A stretch of DNA of 61,859 nucleotides, filler included. It is 4 parts of 4 records of this genome, joined end to end, with 100 filler letters (N's around TTAATTAATTAA, not from the genome) between each part and the next. Parts side by side here need not be neighbours in the genome. Positions count along the whole stretch, not along the records: positions 1 to 29,567 come from DRR723986_2347; 3 more parts are not named here. One strand, 5' to 3'. The position numbers and the translations under genes were made by a program. Shown here piece after piece: positions 9,334 to 19,420 of the stretch. Position 1 is the stretch's first letter. The number at the start of each line of letters is the position of its first letter. Under the pieces are notes generated by a model. The model did not search any database, was not told the origin of the DNA, and saw nothing but the letters and a program-made list of their open reading frames with translations.

Positions 9334-11445
9334 ATGCACACATTATTCATCACCTCCAGCGCGGCAATTTCAGCCCTGCTCATTGGTGCAGCGGCAAACG
9401 CAACAACATCTGCCGCAGACACAGACGACATTGAAGAAATAATTGTTCAGGGTCGCTATCTTTCGCTCGATAAGTTAAATGCCGTTAAAACGCCTACACC
9501 CGTTATTAACGTGCCGCAAAGTTTAACAATTATTGGTAGCGAACAAATTTCGCGTCAGGCTTTCACCAGCATTGGTGATATCTCTCGCTATTCGCCGGGT
9601 ATCTCAATCAGCCAAGGTGAAGGACACCGCGATGCCATAATCATTCGGGGCATTCAAACAACTGCTGACTTTTACATCGACGGTGTTCGTGATGATGTTC
9701 AGTATTTTCGCCCGCTTTACAACCTTGATCGCATTGAAATATTGCGCGGTGCCAATGCCCTTTTGTTTGGCCGGGGCGGTGGCGGCGGTATCGTAAACCG
9801 TGTAACCAAGCGTCCTGATTTTGATGGTGATTTTATAGGCTATTCCGCCGCTGTAGACACTTTCGGTGCTTATACTGTGAGCGGCGATTTGAATTATCAA
9901 GTCGGCGATGAAGCTGCCTTGCGTTTGAACGGGTTTTATGAAGAATTGAATAACCACCGGGACTTTTTCGGCGGTGAACGGTTTGCCATTAACCCAACAT
10001 TTGCTTTCAATGCATCAGATGACACCAGCATTCTGCTTTCATATGAATATGTCAATGATGACCGGGTTGTTGACCGGGGCGTGCCTTCGCAGAATGTTAC
10101 TGGTGGGCCGGACGTACCGCTAGAAGGATTTGATAGCACCTTATTTGGCTCTCCAGACCAAAACTTCACGACACTTGAAGCGCATATTGTTAAAGCGCGC
10201 ATTGATCATAGCTTCTCTGACAATTTGCGCAGTAATTTTACTGCGCAATATGCAGACTATGACAAAGCCTACCAGAATTTGTTCCCAAGTGACGGTGTAG
10301 TGGTAACGAACGGCGTATTCCCGGAAGTTGAACTTGACGGATACCGGGACACTACAGCCCGCGAGAACCTAATTTTGCAGGCTAACCTTGTTGGCGAGTT
10401 TGAAACCGGGACGCTGGGGCATACGATGCTTTTAGGGTTTGAATACGGCAATCAAGACACGCAGAATGCCCGTCTGGACAATGTTTTTGCCGCTAACGGC
10501 GATGACCAACTTTTCATCCCCTTTACTGACCCGCTCAATATTCCGGCTTTCAGTTTCAGCAGCCCGGCGCGAAATCGTGCTTCTGAAGTGGAAACACTTT
10601 CCGTTTATTTGCAGGACCAAATCGACCTGACCGAGCAGTTTAAAGTTGTTGTGGGGGCGCGTTTTGATAGTTTTGATATTTCTGTAAATGATATTGCCAA
10701 TAACGGTCAGTTTGAGCGCAAAGATGAGGAAATTTCGCCGCGTTTTGGTGCTATCTATAAACCCGCTGAAAATGTGTCTTTTTACGCTAGTTACAGTGAA
10801 TCGTTTTTGCCGCGCTCTGGCGAGCAATTCCTTACGCTGAACCTGGATTCTGAAAGTACGCGCCCGCAGTCCTTTGAAAATAGAGAAATTGGCGCAAAGT
10901 GGGACATTCGGCCGGACCTAAGCCTAACGGCCGCTATTTTCGAGCTGGACCGGGAAAGCTTCACCTCAATTGACCCGGAAGATGCAGGTCAGGTTATTGT
11001 GGTAGAAGGCTCAGAAACGAAAGGGTTTGAAATTCAACTCGCAGGTAACCTCACGGACCAACTCTTTATAACTACCAGTTATACTTATCTGGACGGTGAT
11101 GTGGAGCGTGTTGATGGTTCTGGCAATGATGCCAATAGAACACGCCAAACGCCTGAAAATATGTTTTCTGCATGGGGTAATTATCAAGTGAATGACCGTT
11201 TGGGGCTGGGTATTGGCGTAACGCATCAAAGCTCTTTCTTTGTGCGGGAAGACAATGCTGTTGAAGTGCCGGGTTACACTCGCTTTGACGCCGCCGTTTA
11301 CTATGAGTTGAATGATCAGGTTCGTTTGCAAATGAACGCAGAAAACCTGTTTAACACGGATTATTTTCCGGATGCGCATAGCAATGATAACATTTCGACA
11401 GGCAAGCCGTTTAATGTCCGGTTTTCAGTGAATGGGCGCTTCTAA
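9334..11445 (+). CDS. TonB-dependent siderophore receptor (Fiu/PiuA-like)
   Basis: Signal peptide, TonB box EEIIVQG, plug motifs VPQSLTII and RIEILRGANALLFGRG, C-terminal Phe. Confidence 0.9.
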   Translation: MHTLFITSSAAISALLIGAAANATTSAADTDDIEEIIVQGRYLSLDKLNAVKTPTPVINVPQSLTIIGSEQISRQAFTSIGDISRYSPGISISQGEGHRDAIIIRGIQTTADFYIDGVRDDVQYFRPLYNLDRIEILRGANALLFGRGGGGGIVNRVTKRPDFDGDFIGYSAAVDTFGAYTVSGDLNYQVGDEAALRLNGFYEELNNHRDFFGGERFAINPTFAFNASDDTSILLSYEYVNDDRVVDRGVPSQNVTGGPDVPLEGFDSTLFGSPDQNFTTLEAHIVKARIDHSFSDNLRSNFTAQYADYDKAYQNLFPSDGVVVTNGVFPEVELDGYRDTTARENLILQANLVGEFETGTLGHTMLLGFEYGNQDTQNARLDNVFAANGDDQLFIPFTDPLNIPAFSFSSPARNRASEVETLSVYLQDQIDLTEQFKVVVGARFDSFDISVNDIANNGQFERKDEEISPRFGAIYKPAENVSFYASYSESFLPRSGEQFLTLNLDSESTRPQSFENREIGAKWDIRPDLSLTAAIFELDRESFTSIDPEDAGQVIVVEGSETKGFEIQLAGNLTDQLFITTSYTYLDGDVERVDGSGNDANRTRQTPENMFSAWGNYQVNDRLGLGIGVTHQSSFFVREDNAVEVPGYTRFDAAVYYELNDQVRLQMNAENLFNTDYFPDAHSNDNISTGKPFNVRFSVNGRF

Positions 11446-11472
11446 AAACACTTAAGGTAAGTGACAGAAATT

Positions 11473-11500
11473 GGGGAGCTTTGGCTCCCTTTTTTATTTT
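11473..11500. terminator. Terminator between the convergent TonB receptor and udg genes
   Basis: GGGAGC/GCTCCC stem followed by a T run. Confidence 0.7.
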
Positions 11501-12186
11501 GTGCACTGGATTTCGTCCTTAACGCGCCCCAAAGCGCTTAGGAACATTTCTTCTGTTAATACGCCAGTATTCACGTTGTAGCGTGAGCAGTGATAGCTAT
11601 CCACCAGCGTTAGGCCGTTAGGTAGATGGTGAACCGCTTCGTGGCCAAATTTATAATCAACTTGCCGAAGCCCAAAAGTGCGAATGGTAGTGTCATGAGC
11701 GATTTTGCCCAGCGCCAGCAGCACTTTTAAATTCGGCAAATGGTCGATGCGGGAAATCAGGAACGGACGGCAGTTATTGATTTCTGCACCGATCGGTTTG
11801 TTTTGCGGCGGCACACAGCGAACGGCATTGGTTATCATGACATTTGACAGGGTAAAGCCATCGTCGGGTCGCTTGTCATAACTACCGTGGGCCCACCCCA
11901 TGATGTGTAAGCATTTAAACAAAAGGTCGCCTGCATAATCGCCCGTGAAGGGTCGCCCGGTTTGATTGGCACCCTTTAGGCCCGGCGCAAGGCCCACTAC
12001 CAGCATGCTGGCTTGTTCGTCGCCAAAACTAGGCACAGCACCATTGAAAAAGGTTGGGTGTTTTACCTGGTTGTCCTGTCGAAACGCCACTAGGCGTGGG
12101 CATAGGGCACAGTCTGCGGCTGGTTCCGGTGGCACAGGCTTGGCACTAGATGCGGCTTGTTTTCGTGAGGGCTTTTTGGCGGTCAT
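11494..12186 (-). CDS. Uracil-DNA glycosylase (family 5, UdgB-like, Fe-S)
   Basis: CALCPRL, GLAPGLKGANQTGRPFTGD, NAVRCVPPQNKP, SYHCSRYN. Confidence 0.92.
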   Translation of the reverse strand: MTAKKPSRKQAASSAKPVPPEPAADCALCPRLVAFRQDNQVKHPTFFNGAVPSFGDEQASMLVVGLAPGLKGANQTGRPFTGDYAGDLLFKCLHIMGWAHGSYDKRPDDGFTLSNVMITNAVRCVPPQNKPIGAEINNCRPFLISRIDHLPNLKVLLALGKIAHDTTIRTFGLRQVDYKFGHEAVHHLPNGLTLVDSYHCSRYNVNTGVLTEEMFLSALGRVKDEIQCTK

Positions 12187-12265
12187 GAAATGATATCAAT
12201 CTGTGATTATGAATAACTCACAGACAAATCATGCCCGGTCTCATAGGTCAAGGTCGGTAGTCACT

Positions 12266-12865
12266 TTATATGGCCTGTGCATCAGCGGGCTCTATGTCTT
12301 GGTCTTGCGGTAAATTTTGATGGCCAGAGTCATTTGTTGAAGGCCGCGCAAAAATACCCCGCATGGTCTCTAGGTCCATATATTGGTCAGCTTGGCGGCG
12401 CAGCTCGTCTGCAATCATGGAGGGCTTGGTGCGGTTAGAGCTTACCACAGTGACCCGAACACCTCTGCGCTGAACGGCTTCCAAAAGGCGCCTGAAATCA
12501 CCGTCACCAGAGAAAAGCACGGCATGGTCCAGTTCGTCGGCAATGTTGAGCATATCAACCGCAATTTCGATATCCATGTTGCCTTTAATTTTTCGCCGGC
12601 CTTGTTCATCGGTAAATTCTTTGACAGGCTTTGTCACAAGCGTGAAACCATTGTAATCCAGCCAGTCAACAAGCGGGCGCAGTGGGCTAAAGTCTTGGTC
12701 TTCAAGTAGTGCAGTGTAATAAAAGGCTCTTATCAGCCGGCTTTTCTTGGCAAAATGACTACGCAAACTTTTGTAGTCTATTTCCATATCCAGCGCCCGA
12801 GCAGTGGCATGCAGATTTGACCCATCAATGAATAAGGCCATGCGTTCCTCTGGATAAAAAAGCAT
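12266..12865 (-). CDS. NYN-domain (LabA/DUF88) protein
   Basis: FIDGSNL, KGNMDIEIAVD, FSGDGDF; conserved position upstream of folK-rpoZ. Confidence 0.92.
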   Translation of the reverse strand: MLFYPEERMALFIDGSNLHATARALDMEIDYKSLRSHFAKKSRLIRAFYYTALLEDQDFSPLRPLVDWLDYNGFTLVTKPVKEFTDEQGRRKIKGNMDIEIAVDMLNIADELDHAVLFSGDGDFRRLLEAVQRRGVRVTVVSSNRTKPSMIADELRRQADQYMDLETMRGIFARPSTNDSGHQNLPQDQDIEPADAQAI

Positions 12866-12995
12866 TTAGTTACACTCCATCGGGTGAATAGTCGCCGTCC
12901 ATTGGCGAAAAAACTACTAAAAAAGCGATAGGCCATGATAATGCTCTTAAATATGGAGCCTGTCTATTGGCTCAAGCAATTGTGAGAATCGGTAC

Positions 12996-13562
12996 ATGAC
13001 GCAGAAAAAGCCCTGCTGGCTGGCTCTTGGCAGTAACTTATCGTATGGTGATTTGCAGCCTATTCAGGTGCTTAAGGCTGCCATCGCTGCGCTTGAAGGT
13101 GCGGGACTGGAGCAACTTACTGTATCGCGTTTTTATCAAACGGAACCGGTGCCAAAATCTGATCAGCCAGATTTTGTGAACTGTGCGGTTGCGGGTCAAA
13201 CTACTTGTGATGCACTTAGCCTATTGGTCCTATGTCAGTCTATTGAACAGTCATTTGAACGCGACCGAACCAGACGGTGGGGTGCTAGAACGCTTGATAT
13301 TGATATCATTGGTTACGAGCGAACAGTGTGGCCTTCACTTGAGGAATGGCATTCGGTTGCCGATAATATGCGTGCTGAAACCAGAATGCCGGAATTGGTA
13401 CTACCGCACCCTTTTATGCACCAGCGTGCCTTTGTGTTGGAACCGCTTTGTGATGTTGCCCCTGACTGGCAGCATCCGGTGTTGCAGCGCACCGCCAAAG
13501 ACCTGTTGTCGGAGCAAAGTCTGGTAAACCAGACGGCTATTCACCCTGAGCAAGTGAAATAA
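12996..13562 (+). CDS. folK: 2-amino-4-hydroxy-6-hydroxymethyldihydropteridine diphosphokinase
   Basis: LALGSNL, QPDFVN, RWGARTLDIDII, LPHPFMHQRAFVLEPL. Confidence 0.95.
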   Translation: MTQKKPCWLALGSNLSYGDLQPIQVLKAAIAALEGAGLEQLTVSRFYQTEPVPKSDQPDFVNCAVAGQTTCDALSLLVLCQSIEQSFERDRTRRWGARTLDIDIIGYERTVWPSLEEWHSVADNMRAETRMPELVLPHPFMHQRAFVLEPLCDVAPDWQHPVLQRTAKDLLSEQSLVNQTAIHPEQVK

Positions 13563-13663
13563 AGACGATTCCGCCCTTTACAGGCTTCAAAGCTGTTATT
13601 ATAAGCATCTGCCTGATTATAGAGGGTCGTAATGGCCCCTAAATTGTTTTGTGGAGATAAAGC

Positions 13664-14026
13664 ATGGCTCGCGTTACCGTCGAGGATTGCGTAGATAAAG
13701 TTACCAACCGTTTTGACCTTGTTCTTGTTGCCGCTCAGCGTGCTCGCCAGATTTCTGCTGGTGCACCGCTTGAAGTAGAGCGCGACAATGATAAAAATGC
13801 TGTTGTTTCGTTGCGTGAAATTGCCGAAGAAAAAATCTCTAAAGAAGATCTGACAGAATCAGTTATTCATTCCATGCGCAAGATTGTAGAATCTGACGAG
13901 CCGGAAGAAGTTGATATGTCAATTCTGATGGCTGGCATGGACCAGCAGGAAGAAGCACCTGCGGCCACTGAAGCAGTTGAAACTGCTGAAGAGCCTAGTG
14001 AAGACGCTGCGCCTAAAGCTGAATGA
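13664..14026 (+). CDS. rpoZ: RNA polymerase omega subunit
   Basis: [44 protein letters not shown]. Confidence 0.98.
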   Translation: MARVTVEDCVDKVTNRFDLVLVAAQRARQISAGAPLEVERDNDKNAVVSLREIAEEKISKEDLTESVIHSMRKIVESDEPEEVDMSILMAGMDQQEEAPAATEAVETAEEPSEDAAPKAE

Positions 14027-14068
14027 TTGCGACCCTGTTTGGCAGGCAAGCGAACATTGAAACACAAG

Positions 14069-14096
14069 ACCCGGTCATTTGGTCGGGTTTTTTGTT
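14069..14096 (+). terminator. Rho-independent terminator after rpoZ
   Basis: ACCCGG..TCGGGT stem followed by TTTTTGTT. Confidence 0.65.
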
Positions 14097-14124
14097 GCTA
14101 AAATTTAATCTGGTTCGTTTATTA

Positions 14125-15105
14125 TCAGGTGATGTTGATAATAATTTTGCCACGAGCGCGCCACGTTTGGCTACGTTCAAATGCTTGCTCAATATCTGCA
14201 AGTGCATAGCGGCTATCGATAACACTGGTTAGCGTTTCCGCAGCCATCATATCTGCCATTGCCAGAAGGTCTTTTGGCTCAGGTTTAACCAATATAAGGT
14301 GACTGGTTTTCCGCATGCCCGGCAAAAGCTTGCTCGCTGCCCAACTGCGGGCCGCAGCCAATGCTGTTTTAATGCTGGGGATTGTCGTTACATAAAGCCC
14401 ACCCGGTTTTAGCGAGGCTGCAACCTTTTGCGGGCTTGAGCGACCAATCACATCATATACAATGTCGTATGCGGCTTTTTGTTCCTCAAAATTATCCGTT
14501 TTGTAGTTAATAACTTTATCGGCGCCCAATTGTTTGCATAAATCGCCATTGTCCGGCCCGCACACCGCAATAACACGCGCACCCATTGCCTTGGCAATTT
14601 GAATGGCATATACGCCGACACCGCCAGAAGCGCCGTTTACAAGTACGGTTTCACCCGGCCTAACACGCGTGATGTCATGTAATGTTTGGTAGCTTGTCAT
14701 ACCAGCACACGGCATGGCGGCGGCATCCTCATGGCTTAGATGTGCTGGTTTTTTGGCTAAGGCCTTTTCATGCACTTTTACATACTCTGCGAAGGCACCG
14801 AACTTCCCGCGGAGGGGTTGCATACCAAAGGCAAGATCGCCCAATTCTATGCCAGACACTAAAGCACCTATCTGAACAACCTCACCGGAAAAGTCGCTGC
14901 CGAGTGTTATGGGAAAAGGTTCTAGTGATTTTCGCGCTTGATAAAGGCCGCGCATGGTTAGCCAATCCCGCGGATTCAGCGAAGCGGCCACAACTTTTAC
15001 AATCACGTCGTTTGGGCCTGGTGTCGGGCGGTCAACATCGGCAACATGCAGAACACCGGTTCTGCCATACTCATTAATGATTGCTGCTTTCATTTGTTCG
15101 GTCAT
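14125..15105 (-). CDS. MDR-superfamily NAD(P)-dependent oxidoreductase (quinone-oxidoreductase-like)
   Basis: AASLNPRD, LGSDFSG, VLVNGASGGVG, RARGKIII. Confidence 0.9.
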   Translation of the reverse strand: MTEQMKAAIINEYGRTGVLHVADVDRPTPGPNDVIVKVVAASLNPRDWLTMRGLYQARKSLEPFPITLGSDFSGEVVQIGALVSGIELGDLAFGMQPLRGKFGAFAEYVKVHEKALAKKPAHLSHEDAAAMPCAGMTSYQTLHDITRVRPGETVLVNGASGGVGVYAIQIAKAMGARVIAVCGPDNGDLCKQLGADKVINYKTDNFEEQKAAYDIVYDVIGRSSPQKVAASLKPGGLYVTTIPSIKTALAAARSWAASKLLPGMRKTSHLILVKPEPKDLLAMADMMAAETLTSVIDSRYALADIEQAFERSQTWRARGKIIINIT

Positions 15106-15244
15106 TCGATGATGTTATCCCAAAAAAATCACATATAACCGAATAAATGGGCTGAAATTGCTGTTGGGAAAGTATATCTCTTGGGAATAGCCTAATCTTC
15201 TGGTTAGGCTATGGCTTCAGCTTGGTTGAAAGGAATACACACCG

Positions 15245-17380
15245 TTGATTCGCCAGTTTGAATTGGTAGATATGGTTCGCGCTTACGACAAAAATGTCGA
15301 TGAAGCCCTGCTGAACCGTGCTTATGTGTTTGCCATGCAGGCGCATGGTACTCAAACCCGTGCATCCGGTGACCCGTATTTTTCTCACCCCCTTGAGGTG
15401 GCAGGGATTTTAACTGAAATGAAGCTGGACAGCGACACAATCGCAACCGCGCTTTTACATGACGTTATTGAAGACACAGTTGCCACACGAGATCAGATTG
15501 AAGAACTGTTCGGTGAGAAAATAGCCCAACTGGTGGACGGTGTTACCAAGCTGTCAAAAATTGAATTGCAAGCTGAAAGCGTTCGCCAGGCAGAAAATTT
15601 TCGCAAGTTCCTTCTGGCCATGTCCAATGATATTCGGGTGCTGTTGGTTAAGCTGGCCGACCGCCTGCACAATATGCGCACGTTGCATCATATACCCAAG
15701 CCTGAGAAACGGCGCCGCATTTCGCTGGAAACGCTGGAAATTTATGCACCGCTTGCCGAACGTCTTGGTATGCATGTGCTTAAGGACGAGTTAGAGCATT
15801 TGTCTTTCGGCAACCTAGATTCGGAAGCGATGGAGTCGGTAACGGCAAGGCTGAATTTTCTGATCGAAGAAAATCCGGGCCTTGAGCAGGAAATGGTTGC
15901 AGCCCTGCAAGAGCTGATGGATATGGCTGGTATTAAGGCCACTGTTAGTGGCCGGATCAAACGACCTTACTCAATTTGGCGAAAAATGGAGCGCCAGAAC
16001 ATTAGCTTTGAGCAGTTAAGCGATGTTATGGCCTTTCGGGTTGTGGTTGCTGATGTGGACGAATGTTACCGCGCACTGGGTATTATTCACGGCCGCTATT
16101 CCACCATACCTGGTCGGTTTAAGGATTATATTTCCACCCCCAAACGTAACCATTACCGGTCTATACATACTTCTGTAATTGGCCCCAAAAACCGCCGGCT
16201 GGAAGTCCAAATTCGCACTGATAAAATGCATGCAGAAGCGGAAATGGGCGTGGCAGCCCATTGGCAATACAAACAAAACAGCGATAAAGTTGATGGTAGC
16301 CAATATGTCTGGGTGCAGGAATTATTGGAAATTCTTGAGCATACGCACGACCCTGAAGAGTTTCTGGAACATACAAAACTGGCAATGTTTCAAGACAAGG
16401 TTTTTTGCTTTACCCCAAAGGGTGAATTAATTTCATTGCCGCGCGGGTCTTCAACCGTGGACTTTGCCTATGCCGTTCACACCGAAGTGGGGGACAGATG
16501 TGTCGGTGCTAAAGTGAATGGTCGTATGGTGCCGCTCAGGCACCAACTTGAAAATGGGGATCAGGTTGAAATATTGACCTCAAGCGCGCAGGAACCCTCA
16601 CCGCGCTGGGAAACCTTTGTTGTTACAGGTAAGGCGCGTTCCGCGATCAAACGCCATATTCGCCAAGCGCGCTATGATGAGTTTTTGAGCCTAGGTAAAG
16701 CACTGCTAGAGAAAAGCGCGCAACGTAACGGTCTAGACCTGACAGACGCAGTATTAGAAGAGGCAATGGCCATTCTCAATATTACAGACGCAGAAGCTTT
16801 GTATGTTTCTGTCGGCGAAGGGACCTTGGCAGAGGAAACTGTGCTGGAGGCGGGCTTCCCCGGTTTTGAACAAAGCTCAAGCGGTGACAAGTTGCCGGAC
16901 GTCCATGAAGAATGGGAGCAAGTTTCAAAAGGAACAGGCCCCATATCAGGCATAAGTGATAAAGCTAAAATACATATGGCAGATTGTTGCCACCCTGTGC
17001 GCGGCGACCGCATCGTTGGTATAAAGGTTATCGGTAAAGGCATCGATGTGCATGCAATTGACTGCATTACCTTAGCCGAATTTGATGATAAGCCTGACCT
17101 GTGGCTTGACTTGGGCTGGCGCGAAAATGCGCCCGACGATAACTATTATGTTGGTCGTCTGCGTCTTGAAGCGGTTAATGAGCGGGGCGCGCTTGCATCC
17201 ATTGCGGCCTCTGTGTCTAAAAGCGGTGGTAATATTTCAAATCTTGTTGTTGCAGACCGCGACCCGGAATGCGTGATAATGGTGATCGATGTTGATGTAA
17301 GAGACGTAAAGCATTTGAATGAAGTTAGTCGGGCTTTACGTGTAAGCCGTGTCATCAGCAGGGTGGACAGGAACGGATAG
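15245..17380 (+). CDS. spoT: Bifunctional (p)ppGpp synthetase/hydrolase (Rel/SpoT)
   Basis: HD domain ALLHDVIED, synthetase RFKDYIS, TGS domain VFCFTPKG, C-terminal ACT; TTG start. Confidence 0.96.
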   Translation: MIRQFELVDMVRAYDKNVDEALLNRAYVFAMQAHGTQTRASGDPYFSHPLEVAGILTEMKLDSDTIATALLHDVIEDTVATRDQIEELFGEKIAQLVDGVTKLSKIELQAESVRQAENFRKFLLAMSNDIRVLLVKLADRLHNMRTLHHIPKPEKRRRISLETLEIYAPLAERLGMHVLKDELEHLSFGNLDSEAMESVTARLNFLIEENPGLEQEMVAALQELMDMAGIKATVSGRIKRPYSIWRKMERQNISFEQLSDVMAFRVVVADVDECYRALGIIHGRYSTIPGRFKDYISTPKRNHYRSIHTSVIGPKNRRLEVQIRTDKMHAEAEMGVAAHWQYKQNSDKVDGSQYVWVQELLEILEHTHDPEEFLEHTKLAMFQDKVFCFTPKGELISLPRGSSTVDFAYAVHTEVGDRCVGAKVNGRMVPLRHQLENGDQVEILTSSAQEPSPRWETFVVTGKARSAIKRHIRQARYDEFLSLGKALLEKSAQRNGLDLTDAVLEEAMAILNITDAEALYVSVGEGTLAEETVLEAGFPGFEQSSSGDKLPDVHEEWEQVSKGTGPISGISDKAKIHMADCCHPVRGDRIVGIKVIGKGIDVHAIDCITLAEFDDKPDLWLDLGWRENAPDDNYYVGRLRLEAVNERGALASIAASVSKSGGNISNLVVADRDPECVIMVIDVDVRDVKHLNEVSRALRVSRVISRVDRNG

Positions 17381-17509
17381 TTTTTGCCTCAATTGGGTAG
17401 TAAACTCTCTTTAACCAATAAAAGGCTTTCTTGGTCGATAAAGACTTGACTGATATGGGCGTTAAGTCCTATCGGCCATCATGACTATGGGACGCAGCAG
17501 GAGAGACGT

Positions 17510-18094
17510 ATGAATCAGGAACAGGTACTGGACGAATTTAGAGCGGCAGGTGCTCTTCTAGAGGGGCATTTTAAGCTTTCTTCAGGGTTGCATAGCCCGG
17601 TTTATCTGCAATGCGCTAAGGTTTTGATGGACCCCGCGCGCGCTGGTCGTTTGTGTGCAGTATTTGCTGATAAAATTCGCGCAACCGGCGTAGACATTGA
17701 CCTGGTGGTCAGTCCTGCCATGGGCGGTGTCATCGTAGGCTATGAAGTGGCACGCCAATTGGGTGTTCCCGGTATCTTCACAGAACGTGTTGACGGTGAG
17801 TTTGCCCTGCGCCGCGGGTTCGAAATTCCTACCGGCGCTCGCATCTTGATGATGGAAGATATTGTTACAACTGGTTTGTCGTCGCGTGAATGTATTAAAA
17901 CCATCAGCGATTGGGGTGGTAAGGTTGTTGCGGCAGGCTGTTTAATAAACCGTTCTGGCGGCAAAGCCGATGTGGGCGCTCCCATTACTGCTTTAGCTAC
18001 CATCGACGCTCCAACCTATAAACCTGAAGACTTACCCGAGGCTTTAAAAGCCATTCCTGCCGTTAAGCCCGGCAGTCGGGGCATGAAAGCCTGA
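17510..18094 (+). CDS. pyrE: Orotate phosphoribosyltransferase
   Basis: [18 protein letters not shown] and PRPP motif [10 protein letters not shown]. Confidence 0.96.
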   Translation: MNQEQVLDEFRAAGALLEGHFKLSSGLHSPVYLQCAKVLMDPARAGRLCAVFADKIRATGVDIDLVVSPAMGGVIVGYEVARQLGVPGIFTERVDGEFALRRGFEIPTGARILMMEDIVTTGLSSRECIKTISDWGGKVVAAGCLINRSGGKADVGAPITALATIDAPTYKPEDLPEALKAIPAVKPGSRGMKA

Positions 18095-18106
18095 ATGTAT
18101 TAGCCA

Positions 18107-18685
18107 ATGCTGTTTCGCCGCCGTCATAAACCTTCACTTCTTGCCAATCTGCGTGGCTGGGTCTGGCCAAAGTCTGGCTGGAGGCGAGCAGGGCTATACG
18201 TATGGCACCGATTGGCAAGGTTGCCGGGCACGCCCCACAGTATCGCAGCGGGTTTTGCCTGTGGCGCTGCGGTGTCGTTCACGCCGCTATTGGGGTTGCA
18301 TATATTACTGGGCTGTGCGCTTGCAATGGTTGTGCGTGGCAATTTATTGGCAACGGTTATTGGCACAGTTGTAGGCAACCCGTGGACATTCCCATTGTTT
18401 TTTACACTGACAGGCACGGTCGGTGCTGAAATTCTTGGTGAAAGTATAATGGTTTCTTTGCCGGTTTGGGACTGGGGAGCTGTTATTGACTCGCCGGTGG
18501 ATTATTTTGCCAAATTCTTGCCGGTTGTTTTCCCTCTCATAGTGGGGGCTATACCTGTGGCTACCGCAGTATGGTTTCTGGTTTATTTGGTTTTCAAGGG
18601 CTTGATAACCCGGTATCGTGCAAGCCGCAGGTCACGCGCAATTGCGAGTGTGAAATTGGAAGAAAATACTAATGTCAGACAATAG
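18107..18685 (+). CDS. DUF2062-family membrane protein
   Basis: MLFRRR, WPKSGWRRA, TPHSIAAGFACG, GNPWTFP. Confidence 0.85.
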   Translation: MLFRRRHKPSLLANLRGWVWPKSGWRRAGLYVWHRLARLPGTPHSIAAGFACGAAVSFTPLLGLHILLGCALAMVVRGNLLATVIGTVVGNPWTFPLFFTLTGTVGAEILGESIMVSLPVWDWGAVIDSPVDYFAKFLPVVFPLIVGAIPVATAVWFLVYLVFKGLITRYRASRRSRAIASVKLEENTNVRQ

Positions 18686-19418
18686 ACAAATGTCGAAACT
18701 CCGCCTTGGGGTTAACATTGATCATGTTGCTACTATTCGCAATGCACGGGGTATTCGCCACCCAGATCCGGTGCGGGCTGCAGGGCTTGCCGTACGCGCT
18801 GGCGCTGACGGCATTACAGCGCACCTGCGTGAAGATCGACGCCACATAGCCGACGAAGACATTGCGGCCCTAACCGATGTACTGGCTGTTCCGCTCAACC
18901 TCGAGGTGGCTGCAACAGATGAAATGCTGGAAATTGCGCTGCGCCATAAACCTCATGCGTGCTGCATTGTACCTGAAAAGCGCCAGGAATTGACCACTGA
19001 AGGTGGTTTGGACGCGGCAGGGCAACATAATCGTTTAAAGCATTATGTTGACGAGCTTGGTCGCGCAGGCATTCGTGTTAGTTTGTTTATTGATCCGGAT
19101 AAAGAGCAGTTGGATGCGGCAAAGTCATTAGGCGCACCTGTTACGGAGCTTCATACGGGTAAATACTGTGATTTGGTTGGTGAAGCGCAACAGGATGAGC
19201 TTGAGCGTATTCGCGAGGCCAGCCGTTACGGCGCTTTGATTGGCCTTGAGATGCATGCCGGTCACGGCCTTTCATATGAAACTGTTGCACCTGTTGCCGC
19301 TATCCCTGAATTGAAGGAATTGAATATTGGTCATTTTTTGATCGGTGAAGCCATTTTTCACGGATTAGAGGTGTCCATCAGTGAAATGCGCAGATTGATG
19401 GACGAGGCTAGGGCCTAA
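18672..19418 (+). CDS. pdxJ: Pyridoxine 5'-phosphate synthase
   Basis: LGVNIDHVATIRNAR, HLREDRRHI, TTEGGLD, HAGHGL; alternative start at 18690. Confidence 0.97.
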   Translation: MSDNRQMSKLRLGVNIDHVATIRNARGIRHPDPVRAAGLAVRAGADGITAHLREDRRHIADEDIAALTDVLAVPLNLEVAATDEMLEIALRHKPHACCIVPEKRQELTTEGGLDAAGQHNRLKHYVDELGRAGIRVSLFIDPDKEQLDAAKSLGAPVTELHTGKYCDLVGEAQQDELERIREASRYGALIGLEMHAGHGLSYETVAPVAAIPELKELNIGHFLIGEAIFHGLEVSISEMRRLMDEARA

Positions 19419-19420
19419 TT

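Noticed and set aside
12266-12865. NYN protein as a toxin or defence nuclease
   Set aside because: It sits in its usual housekeeping position next to folK-rpoZ with no antitoxin or defence context
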